Shown here: positions 36,042 to 45,042 of the stretch, piece by piece | Position numbering within the stretch: the stretch's first letter is position 1 | Layout: each line of letters opens with the position of its first letter | Virus record (IMG/VR): IMGVR_UViG_3300042821_000035 | DNA: 64,000 nt | Direction: 5' to 3' (one strand) | From: a virus | The notes under the pieces: model-generated | What the model was told of the DNA's origin: nothing | The model's input: only the letters and a program-made list of their open reading frames with translations | Databases searched by the model: none | Translations under genes and position numbers: made by a program

Positions 36042-36518
36042 ATGACCACCACATCCGTCATCCCGCACGACCGCCTGCATGTTATCCACGAGGTCGAGCA
36101 TGAGCTATCCCGCAAGTTCACCGATCCGAAAGCCATGCCAATCAAGCACAATCTCAGCGACCTCGGCCGCATGTCGGCTGAAGCGGTGATGACTCAGTAC
36201 GAAGCCACCGCCCAGTGCGTCGAGGACATGGGCAAGACAGTGAAGGGCATGGCAGAACAGATCGCCGCCAAGCTGGTCGAATACGACACTGACATGAAGC
36301 GGATGGTTGCCGAGACCAGCACGATGGTGCGCGACACCGCAAACAAACTGGCCGAGGTGCTGGTCGAGTGTGATGCCGACATGAAGATCATCAAGGAAAC
36401 ATCCGAGGCGATCCGCGAGAAGGGCAAGCACAGCCAAGCCCTGATTGAGCAGGTCAGCGCGCTGTCAGGCGCGATCCGCGAAACCTGCGCCGACTTCAGG
36501 CAGAAGATGGGGACATAG
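36042..36518 (+). CDS. Coiled-coil protein with an internal repeat
   Basis: AKLVEYDTDMKRM / KLAEVLVECDADMKII duplication. Confidence 0.65.
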   Translation: MTTTSVIPHDRLHVIHEVEHELSRKFTDPKAMPIKHNLSDLGRMSAEAVMTQYEATAQCVEDMGKTVKGMAEQIAAKLVEYDTDMKRMVAETSTMVRDTANKLAEVLVECDADMKIIKETSEAIREKGKHSQALIEQVSALSGAIRETCADFRQKMGT

Positions 36519-36611
36519 TTGACTTCCCTGACCACGATAGAGCCGAGGAGCCTGCGCATACCAACGCAGTGGCGTGTGCTGTCTGAGTGGCTGCCGCAAG
36601 GGAGTAGCAGC

Positions 36612-37001
36612 ATGACACCTGCAAAGCTCGTGCTCGCCTTCACCGCGATGACCTCGCTCCTGATGGTGTTCGCGATTCAGCGGCTGCCGGGAGATGAGCG
36701 CATCGAGGTGCCGAAGGTGGCGGACGAAGTGCAGACCTCGGTCGTCAAGAAGACAGACATGGTCAGGCAAATTGATATGGTTGCGCCGCCGGTGGCGGCG
36801 ATGTCCAAGCCGGTAGTGACAGAGCGCATCGTGCCCGAGGCGCCTGTTGCAACGCCGCCGGTCGCTGCTACCGAGGAGGGGGAGCAGCGACCGGCCAAGA
36901 AAAGCAAGCAGGTCTACGCCAGCGCCGAGAGCAACGTCTGCACGCGGCACAACATGCGGAAGGTGATGGTTGGAAAGTATCGGTGGAGGTGCAGACGATG
37001 A
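36612..37001 (+). CDS. Putative exported protein
   Basis: GGGAG RBS, N-terminal hydrophobic helix, C-terminal CTRH...WRC. Confidence 0.6.
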   Translation: MTPAKLVLAFTAMTSLLMVFAIQRLPGDERIEVPKVADEVQTSVVKKTDMVRQIDMVAPPVAAMSKPVVTERIVPEAPVATPPVAATEEGEQRPAKKSKQVYASAESNVCTRHNMRKVMVGKYRWRCRR

Positions 37002-37017
37002 TTCTGGAGCAGGACAA

Positions 37018-37917
37018 ATGACCACGCGAATTGTCCGCCAGAAGAACGACCGCATCGCGACGTTGGAGGCCAGTTTGTATCTGAAGGAAAAGTATATCGG
37101 GCACGCCAAGGCCCGCATCGAGGCGCTGGAGGCGGCGCTGCGGGAGCCGAACGGCTTCGCAAACCTTCGCGCTATTATGGCTGATCAACCGTACCGCAAC
37201 AGTGGTCTGAGCGTTCACGAAATTGAAGTCATCTTGGCGAACAAGGGTGGCTTTATGCCTGATGAAGCGACGGTGTGGTTTCGTGAGGCGCGCGGAAAGT
37301 TAGGCATCGCACCAGAGCAAGACAAATGAACGAAGCAGAACTGGGTTTTGAATTGAAAAATGCCTTAGCCCGCATCGAGGCGCTGGAGGCGGCGCTGCGG
37401 GAAGCACGCCAGTATGTTTCTGATGCTGGTGGAGATGAAGATTGTGAAGTCCAACAAAACTCCACCGCTCTGCTTATTGTTATTGATGCCGCCCTCGCAC
37501 CGGAGACAGACGCGGGCATTGGCTGTGGCAAGTCTGTCATAGAGCCGTGGGGCACACCGGAGCAGAACAAATGAAACGCTGGCCCATCATCCGGCACGTC
37601 AGGTATTTCATCGGCATGTACCGGGTCAACCGGCATTACGACAGGTGGAGGTCGGTGGGCTACCTGCCGGTGTACGCCCAGCACGACTATGACGTGCTCG
37701 ACCGGATATGGCGAGGTGAAGCATGAGCGACAATGATCACCTGACCGAACCAATGCTGAGTGCTTCAATGGATGAAGTGATCAGGTTACGCACCCGCATC
37801 GAGGCGCTGGAGGCGGCGCTGCACAAGATTGATGACATAACAATCGACCACACTGCGATGGGGATCGCCCGCAAAGCCCTCGCCAGCGCCGCCCTCGCAC
37901 CGGAGCAGGACAAATGA
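37018..37917 (+). repeat. Cluster of small ORFs (37018-37329, 37326-37574, 37571-37726, 37723-37917) sharing 30-35 bp direct repeats
   Basis: GCCCGCATCGAGGCGCTGGAGGCGGCGCTGCGGGA at 37111 and 37368, a 30-bp copy at 37793; GAGCA(G/A)(G/A)ACAAATGA junction motif four times. Confidence 0.85.
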
Positions 37918-38129
37918 TGTGGGGCAGGCACAAAGAAAACGGATTATGGATTGCCAAGGTATCTGACTGGCGGTTCATGTTCCGAAACCATGACGCTCTT
38001 TACATTGCGGCAGGCAGGCTTCGCCTTCGCCTGATGCGTGCCGCCCTCGCCCAGAGTTCACCGCCCAAGGCCAGTGACTGACCTTGAGCGGTGCATTCCG
38101 CACCAACTTCCTAGCTAGGAGATCATACT

Positions 38130-38840
38130 ATGAGAAAATTATTGGCAGTCACGGCACTACTTGGGTTAGTGGCGGTAACACCCGCCAGCGCTGACGTTAT
38201 GCTCGACACCACCGGACTGGGTGGCACGGGAAACAATGTTGTTTTCACCAGCGTTGCTTCTTCCAGCCTTGTTCTTGGTCGCCTCAACGGCCAGAACAAC
38301 GAGGTTGTCCGGTTCTTTGATAGGTCCGGCACTCAAGGCTTCTCTGGTGCCCAGAACGGCAATGACATCAAGATCGTCAATACGCGCGATCTCGACATCA
38401 CGGTCTATGACAGCACCAACTCGATCCTGCTTGGCACCACGCGGGATATTTTCTCGCTGAAGGGCACTGGTGATGTGTTCTTCCGCGTGTCGGCGGTGGA
38501 CGCTCTTGGTAACGAAGAGACGTTCAACTTCACCGGCCTTGCTGGAAATCTGCCGGGGCTCGGTGGTGGTGGCTACAATCTTGGCAACGGCAACCAACAG
38601 AACGGGTTCGACTTCACCACAAGCAAGGGTGAAGTGATCACGGACATCGACATCTACCTTGGTCTCACTGGCAAGATCAACGACTTCGAACACTTCAGGA
38701 TCGACGCCGCTCCGATCCCGACAGCGGCTGTGCCCGAACTTTCGACTTGGTTGTACATGCTGTGTGGATTCGCCGGTCTCGGTTTCATGGCCTATCGTCG
38801 GCGTGAAAACATCGGCGGTCATGCGTTTCGCGTAGCGTAA
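38130..38840 (+). CDS. PEP-CTERM (PEPxxWA-type) surface protein
   Basis: Signal peptide; C-terminal AVPELSTWLYMLCGFAGLGFMAYRRR. Confidence 0.85.
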   Translation: MRKLLAVTALLGLVAVTPASADVMLDTTGLGGTGNNVVFTSVASSSLVLGRLNGQNNEVVRFFDRSGTQGFSGAQNGNDIKIVNTRDLDITVYDSTNSILLGTTRDIFSLKGTGDVFFRVSAVDALGNEETFNFTGLAGNLPGLGGGGYNLGNGNQQNGFDFTTSKGEVITDIDIYLGLTGKINDFEHFRIDAAPIPTAAVPELSTWLYMLCGFAGLGFMAYRRRENIGGHAFRVA

Positions 38841-39087
38841 AGCGTAAAGCGTAGTGGGGTGCGGTAACACGCACCCCATTTTCTGGCAACAGGGAGCGAT
38901 AAGGAGATGACCTGTGACCATCGCTGCTACAATCTCGCTGCGGTCATCCTGCAGGATGAGCCGCACTGGTTTGATCAGCCGCTGCAAGTCCGCGAGGAGA
39001 CCGTAGCGAAGCTGGCCACGCTCATCCAGTCAACGATTGAGGATTGGATCAACCAAACAAGGAGCAACCAATGAAGAGGACTAACCA

Positions 39088-39936
39088 ATGCTCACTCGGG
39101 ATCGCCTGATAGAGGTTCTGCGTTGCGATCCCAAGGCGGGTGAGTTCACTTGGCGACTACAACCCGGCTCGCGTTCCGACATGATCGGGAAGCGAGCCGG
39201 TTATAACGGACCGGGAAAGTATCGGTCCATCACGATTGATGGAGAGGGCCACCTTATTCATCGGTTGATGTGGCTCTACGTCCATGGACAATTCCCAACC
39301 TATCAACTCGAACACATCAACAAGAATCCGGCGGACAATCGCATCGCAAATTTGCGCGAGGCCGTTCGCAGTCCAAACTATCGTGACAAAAACTCGCACG
39401 AGAAATTATACAACTTCGACGATTGGGAATTGGAATGTCAGGATGATCTGACGCAGGAATTGCTAAAGACCGCACTGCACTACGACCCAAAGACCGGAGA
39501 CTTCCATTGGCGGGTGAAACCAGCGTCACGCACTCACATTGGTGATCTGGCTGGCTGTATAGAACCCTGCGGCTACCGAGTCATTGGGATGGCGGGAATA
39601 GGATTCAAGGCGCACCGGCTGGCATGGCTTTACGTTTACGGAGAATTTCCGACGGAGTTGGATCATAAAAACCGCAATCGAGCAGACAACAGGATCAGCA
39701 ATTTGCGGGAGGCTACCCGGCCTCAGAACGCAGGCAACGCGATATGTCGAAGAGAGGGGCGATTAAAGGGTGCGTACTGGCACAAGAGAGATAGGCGATG
39801 GGCAAGTGCAATTCCCATAAAAGGAAAATCGGTTTGGCTGGGGCAATACGCAACTGAAGAAGAGGCCCACGCCGCCTACTGCGATGCCGCCAGAAAGAAG
39901 TACAAAGAGTTTTTTTATGCAGGGCAAAAACGATGA
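39088..39936 (+). CDS. HNH homing endonuclease with two HNH units and an AP2-like end
   Basis: HRLMWLY...EHINKNPADNRIANL and HRLAWLY...DHKNRNRADNRISNL; WLGQYATEEEAHAAY. Confidence 0.92.
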   Translation: MLTRDRLIEVLRCDPKAGEFTWRLQPGSRSDMIGKRAGYNGPGKYRSITIDGEGHLIHRLMWLYVHGQFPTYQLEHINKNPADNRIANLREAVRSPNYRDKNSHEKLYNFDDWELECQDDLTQELLKTALHYDPKTGDFHWRVKPASRTHIGDLAGCIEPCGYRVIGMAGIGFKAHRLAWLYVYGEFPTELDHKNRNRADNRISNLREATRPQNAGNAICRREGRLKGAYWHKRDRRWASAIPIKGKSVWLGQYATEEEAHAAYCDAARKKYKEFFYAGQKR

Positions 39937-40145
39937 CCGATTATAAAAGCAAATATTATAAACCGGACTACGTGCAACAAATCGAGGACACCCGGATTAA
40001 GCTGGAGCGACTTCAATTGCTACGCGAAATTTCCGAGATCGACAATAAACTGAGAATACTGGAGGCCAACCTGACGATGTATCCACCGCAAGAGGCTTGC
40101 GAAGGCGAGGAGCCTCTCGCGGTGCATAGTGCACCAATCCCCTAG
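39933..40145 (+). CDS. Small coiled-coil hypothetical protein
   Basis: ATGA-coupled ORF. Confidence 0.5.
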   Translation: MTDYKSKYYKPDYVQQIEDTRIKLERLQLLREISEIDNKLRILEANLTMYPPQEACEGEEPLAVHSAPIP

Positions 40146-40155
40146 CTAGGAGACA

Positions 40156-40731
40156 ATGAAGATGAAGAAACTACTATTTGCTGTTGCCGCAGTACTGGCG
40201 CTATCCGCGCCAGCCAACGCGGCGATTATTAGTGACTTCGGCATCGACCCGCCGTCGTCGTCGGCCCCTTTCGGTAACGCACCGGGTGCCGGGCTGTTCA
40301 CCGATTACTACACTTTCCAACTCTTGGAGGGATCGTACATCGCGGTCGCCAACGCCACCAACACGTTTGCTGATGGCGTCATCGGTGGCGCCAACTACAT
40401 CGGGAATTTCGCTGCGGCGATCTTCGAGACGGTTGGTGAACCCGGTGGTGGTGACGACACTCTGGTGTTTGGGCCGCAGTTCGCGACTCTGAACACCGGC
40501 GAGAGGAGCCAGTCGCTCAACGGCATCGGCTTCTTGGATGCAGGCAACTACTACCTGCAGATCGCGGGTAACGCCGGAGCGACCGCAGGCTATGGCGGCA
40601 ACTTCTCCGTCACGCAGGTGGCACCTGTCCCCGAGCCTGCTACGTGGTTCCTTTTAATCGTCGGCTTCGCAGGCGTGGGCTTCATGGCCTATCGCAAGCG
40701 TAATGATGCAGCGACTCTTCGTCTAGCGTAG
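40156..40731 (+). CDS. FxDxF-family PEP-CTERM surface protein
   Basis: Signal peptide; GLFTDYYTF; C-terminal [26 protein letters not shown]. Confidence 0.88.
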   Translation: MKMKKLLFAVAAVLALSAPANAAIISDFGIDPPSSSAPFGNAPGAGLFTDYYTFQLLEGSYIAVANATNTFADGVIGGANYIGNFAAAIFETVGEPGGGDDTLVFGPQFATLNTGERSQSLNGIGFLDAGNYYLQIAGNAGATAGYGGNFSVTQVAPVPEPATWFLLIVGFAGVGFMAYRKRNDAATLRLA

Positions 40732-40819
40732 CTGTACTGCACTAGATGAGAGGGGGCGGGGGCGTGCAGGTTTCCTGTCAGGGACGCGCCCCCGTTTCTC
40801 TTTTTCAAAGGAGCGATCC

Positions 40820-41095
40820 ATGTCCGCCGAAGACGAACAAGACAAACTGAAAGCGCTCGGCAAGTACGTGCACGACACGCTGCGCCTGCTCAAGATCGGC
40901 GGCAGCGGCGCCATCAGCTGCACCAAACAATTCTCGGCGCGAGACATCATGGAGTACATCGTCGGCTATTCGTTTTACAAACGAAAGTGGTTCGAGACCA
41001 AGCACGACTCGGTCGCCAACGCCGTGCTGGTCAAGCGGGTGCCGGTGCCGAGCTTCCTGCCGGTGCACGAGCCCGGCGAGTTCGAGGAGCAGTGA
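40820..41095 (+). CDS. Hypothetical protein (91 aa)
   Basis: AAAGGAG RBS. Confidence 0.65.
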   Translation: MSAEDEQDKLKALGKYVHDTLRLLKIGGSGAISCTKQFSARDIMEYIVGYSFYKRKWFETKHDSVANAVLVKRVPVPSFLPVHEPGEFEEQ

Positions 41096-41096
41096 G

Positions 41097-41375
41097 ATGG
41101 AGGAGGTGGATGGCAAGCGGGTCGATATGACCCTGCGGGAGGCGATGGAAAGCATCGCTGAGGGGCTGGACCGGGTTCTCAACGGCACCGGGGAGGGACC
41201 GAGGACAAACGGCTTTGTGCTGATCGTGCACCCGTACGGCGACCGCAGTGGGATGTCCACGATGGTCAGCAACGATGCCACCCCGGACCAAGTGGTCGAG
41301 ATATTCCGGGCTTATGTCAGGGTGGAAGATGAAAAGAAAGGAGAGGGGGATGAGCGAAAAGTGGATGTCGGTTGA
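41097..41375 (+). CDS. Hypothetical protein (92 aa)
   Basis: ORF in operon orientation. Confidence 0.6.
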   Translation: MEEVDGKRVDMTLREAMESIAEGLDRVLNGTGEGPRTNGFVLIVHPYGDRSGMSTMVSNDATPDQVVEIFRAYVRVEDEKKGEGDERKVDVG

Positions 41376-41805
41376 CGAGGTCATCGAGCACGTCATGAAG
41401 GTGGAGAAGTGCTCGCGCCGGACCGCGCGGCGCAAGGTGGCCGAGGCGGCCAAGAGCAACAAGCTGCCATTCAAGAAAGTGCCGATAACAATGCCCGCTC
41501 CGAAACCGATGGACCCGGAGGAGGCGGCCCGGCTGTTCGAGGAAGACCCGGAGTCGATCTACACGACGCTGGCAGACCTGATGGTGCGCCACGATTTCAC
41601 CGGCGAGGAATTGCTGGAAGAGCTTCGCAGCGGGCGCCTGCGCGCCAACGCCAGCGAGGCCACCGCGTTCAAGATGCAGATCGGGGAGAGGTGCGGGCCA
41701 GCCGAGTTCGCGGTGGACTACAAGTCGCTGGTGAACTGGCTGGCGCATCCGCAGACGCCGCAGCACCTGATCGCCAAATTCTATCGAGAGCGAAAGATGC
41801 AATGA
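41350..41805 (+). CDS. Hypothetical protein, possible HTH
   Basis: GGAGAGGGG RBS before ATG 41350. Confidence 0.6.
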   Translation: MSEKWMSVDEVIEHVMKVEKCSRRTARRKVAEAAKSNKLPFKKVPITMPAPKPMDPEEAARLFEEDPESIYTTLADLMVRHDFTGEELLEELRSGRLRANASEATAFKMQIGERCGPAEFAVDYKSLVNWLAHPQTPQHLIAKFYRERKMQ

Positions 41806-42179
41806 AGAAATATCTGCCGGTGATGTTGCTGGATGGCCGGGTCCGCGATGGCCGAATGGGCTCGGACGAAAGCTATGGCATGGCGGGCGCATTCCAGCTG
41901 ACCACCCCGCAGGGCACGCGGTTGGTGGCGGTGTCGTCCGGCGTCGATGAGCAGTACGGTTGGGAGCACGTCAGTGTCACGGCGCAGGGGCGCTGCCCGA
42001 CATGGGATGAGATGGCGTGGGTGAAGGATTTGTTCTGGGAAAAACACGAGATGGCGGTGCAGTACCATCCACCGGAATCGGAGTATGTGAACTGCCACCC
42101 GCACTGCTTGCATTTATGGCGAAGTCTCAGGATGAGCATCCCGATGCCGCCTATGTTGCTGGTGGGACCTAAGCGATGA
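41802..42179 (+). CDS. Conserved phage protein (WEHVSV...CPTW...HP...YVN.HP.CLHLW family)
   Basis: Motif recognised from many phage hypothetical proteins. Confidence 0.7.
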   Translation: MKKYLPVMLLDGRVRDGRMGSDESYGMAGAFQLTTPQGTRLVAVSSGVDEQYGWEHVSVTAQGRCPTWDEMAWVKDLFWEKHEMAVQYHPPESEYVNCHPHCLHLWRSLRMSIPMPPMLLVGPKR

Positions 42180-42451
42180 AAACGCACGGCCACTCACCGC
42201 GCAATGGCAAACCAAGCCCAACCTACAATTCATGGCGCGCGATGATCGACCGATGCAGGCCGGGGAAGGTCTACGGCAAGCGCGGCATCACGGTGTGCGA
42301 CCGCTGGCGCGTGTTCACCAATTTTCTAGAGGACATGGGCGAGCGACCAGTGGGCATGGAGATAGATCGCGGGAAGGGCAACTACACGCCGGAGAATTGC
42401 CAATGGCTGCCAGTGAGTCAAAACCGAGCACAGCGAAGTAATCCGCAATGA
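42176..42451 (+). CDS. Short HNH-like protein
   Basis: TYNSWRAMIDRC...GITVCDRW..F..FLEDMGERP...IDR...YTPENC.W; the His in the core appears to be missing. Confidence 0.7.
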   Translation: MKTHGHSPRNGKPSPTYNSWRAMIDRCRPGKVYGKRGITVCDRWRVFTNFLEDMGERPVGMEIDRGKGNYTPENCQWLPVSQNRAQRSNPQ

Positions 42452-42720
42452 ACACGAACGTGCTGCGCACCACCTGCCCGTTCTGCGGCGAGCACAATGA
42501 CCGCATGACGGGCGCCCGGAGCAGGGAAGACCAGCGGCCGAGCGACGGCGACATCAGCCTGTGCTGGGAGTGCGGCGAGATCAACATCGTGGACCTGACC
42601 ACCGATGCCGGACTGCGCAAGCCAACCAAGAACGAACGGCGCGTGCTCGACGCCGATCAACGGATCATGGATTTGCGCTCCGGCTGGGAGCGGATCAAGC
42701 CAAAGCCGCCATTGAGTTGA
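42448..42720 (+). CDS. Zinc-ribbon protein
   Basis: CPFC...CWEC. Confidence 0.6.
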   Translation: MNTNVLRTTCPFCGEHNDRMTGARSREDQRPSDGDISLCWECGEINIVDLTTDAGLRKPTKNERRVLDADQRIMDLRSGWERIKPKPPLS

Positions 42721-42735
42721 TTGAGGGAGGGGAGG

Positions 42736-43008
42736 ATGAGGCTGATCTGCGAGACCTGCCACGGGCGCTGGATACTGCCGCCCGGCAGAAAGCGTCATAG
42801 CTCCTGCCCTAAGTGTTCACGCGCGCGTGACACGGTCGCGATCCGGCGCCGCAGGATCATCAGGGAAGCCCGTACAGTGGGGTCAGAGCCCGGCCCTACG
42901 GTGACCCCGGACGAACTCTTGAAATTGATGGGCGAACTGGATTTGGTCAGCGCGCGGGCCCTAGCGGTCGCCCGAGCGATCCCGGTCACCGGCAGAAACA
43001 CCCAGTAA
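42736..43008 (+). CDS. Zinc-finger-containing hypothetical protein
   Basis: CETC...CPKC; GGAGG RBS. Confidence 0.55.
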   Translation: MRLICETCHGRWILPPGRKRHSSCPKCSRARDTVAIRRRRIIREARTVGSEPGPTVTPDELLKLMGELDLVSARALAVARAIPVTGRNTQ

Positions 43009-43128
43009 AATACTACCGCAAAACTACGCAAAACTACGCGAAAGTGCGCGCGCATAAACGCGCATCAGCAGCCCCGGCAGATTGACGGCGGCGCCGGTGG
43101 GGGCGGGGGCATCACCTCCAGCCGCTCC

Positions 43129-43341
43129 CTATCTCAACCGGGGTGCTCCTCCATCCAGCACGCCGATGAAATTCAGCAGCAGCAGGATGACGATCAGGAC
43201 CGAGATCACCATCAGGGCAACCCTCGCGATCTTGCGGAAAGGCTCCTGCAGCGGCACGGCGTCGATCAGGTAATTGAGCAGCCACACCACCAAGCCCAGC
43301 ACGACGATGTAGACCACAAGATAGATCAGGGAGGAGATCAT
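43129..43341 (-). CDS. Two-TM membrane protein, putative holin
   Basis: Two hydrophobic helices; directly downstream of the endolysin. Confidence 0.6.
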   Translation of the reverse strand: MISSLIYLVVYIVVLGLVVWLLNYLIDAVPLQEPFRKIARVALMVISVLIVILLLLNFIGVLDGGAPRLR

Positions 43342-43353
43342 GATGGTTTCCTT

Positions 43354-44925
43354 TCAGGCCATAGCCTCCGGGTTCTCAGCAGAGTCCTCGCTGAGCAGAT
43401 GCTGCACTTCGAGCAGCATGTCGTTGGCATCGGCGCGCAACTCGACATCGTGGCGGTTAATCGGACCCCAGTGCTGGCGCCGGTAGCGCAGACCGACACC
43501 GGAGACGAAGCAATGGAAAGCGGGGCAAAATTTACTTAGGAACTGGAATTTGGCGCCGTCGCCTGATCCGTAATTGCCGAGGTCGTCCTTGTTCAGCTTC
43601 ACGCCGTCTTGGAAGTACGGCAGGAAGCCGTTGGGGTTGGCCCAGTACTCTTGCAGCAACGGCGGGATGGATGACGAGCACGAGCGGATATTCCACGAGG
43701 TCTGATACAGCGACGCCTCGGCGGTGTCGGCGGTGACGTTGCTCGCGCTCATGTCGCGGCCCTCGCAGTAGCGCCCGCTGCTCTCGCGCGCGCCGAGCCC
43801 CAGCATCAGCACGAACAGATGGCGCAGCGTGTCAATGCCGTCTTGGCTGTTGTCCATGCCGAGGTCCAAGAACTCGTCGCGGTACCAACTCAGCGCATCG
43901 TTATCGGCGTCGTTGCGGTCCGCCTGCGCCGCAGTGGTGGCGATGGGATGACCCTGCAGCAACCGCGTTGCCGCCAGCCCGAAGCACAGCGCGATGCCGG
44001 AGGTGTAGCCGAGCGGCATCTTGCCGCGATCTCTCCACGCATAGTTCGCAATCTTCGAATGCTCGGCAAGCTCGACGATCCTGCGCGCCTGATCCTGCGG
44101 CAGCCGGTCGTTGCCGGAGGACTTGGCGTCCGCCAGATAATCCAGTGCAGTCCACGTCTTCGGTCCGACGATGCCGTCCGTCTTGACGCCTTCACCATAG
44201 GCCGCCTGATAACCGCGCACGGCTGAGTCAGTGATCGGACCGAAATCACCGTCGGCCGGAAACACGCCGAGCAGGTTCTGGATGTAGATCACATCGACGC
44301 CCTGATCGCCGAGCCCGAGCGTCGGCCGTCCCGGCTCCTCCTCCGGTATCTCGACTGGCAATGGCGGCACCGGATCAATTTCCGGCAGCGGTGGCGCCGG
44401 AGCGATGTGCTTGCTTGACAGCGCCGTGGCCAGCGCGCTGCACACCGCAGAGAACTGCGCGTTGTAGGCGTCGGCGTCGGCCAGACTGTCCACGAACACG
44501 ATCTCAGCCAGCACGCTCGGCTTGGCTGTGGAGTTCAGGAAGAAAAGGTTGTCGCGATACTTCGGCCCGCGATTCGGCAGACCGGTCGCCTTGGCGATGC
44601 CGTCGGCCACCTTCTTGGCGAGGTCTTTCTGCGTGAGGTAGAGACACTCAACGCCCATCATCTTTGTGGTCGTCTGATACGCATTGAAGTGCACCGACAC
44701 GTCCAAGGTTCGCGACTTCGAATTGTGCCAGTTGACGATGCGGTTCAGGTTCTCGTTCTGTGAATGGCTGGCATCGTCGTGATATGTCAGCGTTTCGACT
44801 CCGGCCGCGCGCAGCAACCGCGCGGTTTCCTCGACCACGCGACGCGCTTCATTGACTTCATCGAGATAGCCCGAGGCGCCTCGAATGTATTTGCCGTGGC
44901 CTGAGCTTAGACAGATGCTGGTCAT
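43354..44925 (-). CDS. Endolysin: Amidase_3 + PG-binding domain + C-terminal lysozyme-like domain
   Basis: SSGHG...E, VSVHFNA, VLAEIVF; DGDFGPIT/DGIVGPKTW; ARESSG...LYQTSW. Confidence 0.88.
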   Translation of the reverse strand: MTSICLSSGHGKYIRGASGYLDEVNEARRVVEETARLLRAAGVETLTYHDDASHSQNENLNRIVNWHNSKSRTLDVSVHFNAYQTTTKMMGVECLYLTQKDLAKKVADGIAKATGLPNRGPKYRDNLFFLNSTAKPSVLAEIVFVDSLADADAYNAQFSAVCSALATALSSKHIAPAPPLPEIDPVPPLPVEIPEEEPGRPTLGLGDQGVDVIYIQNLLGVFPADGDFGPITDSAVRGYQAAYGEGVKTDGIVGPKTWTALDYLADAKSSGNDRLPQDQARRIVELAEHSKIANYAWRDRGKMPLGYTSGIALCFGLAATRLLQGHPIATTAAQADRNDADNDALSWYRDEFLDLGMDNSQDGIDTLRHLFVLMLGLGARESSGRYCEGRDMSASNVTADTAEASLYQTSWNIRSCSSSIPPLLQEYWANPNGFLPYFQDGVKLNKDDLGNYGSGDGAKFQFLSKFCPAFHCFVSGVGLRYRRQHWGPINRHDVELRADANDMLLEVQHLLSEDSAENPEAMA

Positions 44926-45042
44926 GGGTGCTCCTTGGCTTACCGAAAAAGCGGATCGTCAACGGATGCATAACGCAACTGTCGGACTGGAGGGGACACC
45001 GCAGCGGCGCCTCCGTTGACGATCCTAGTTTTCGGGAGCGGC

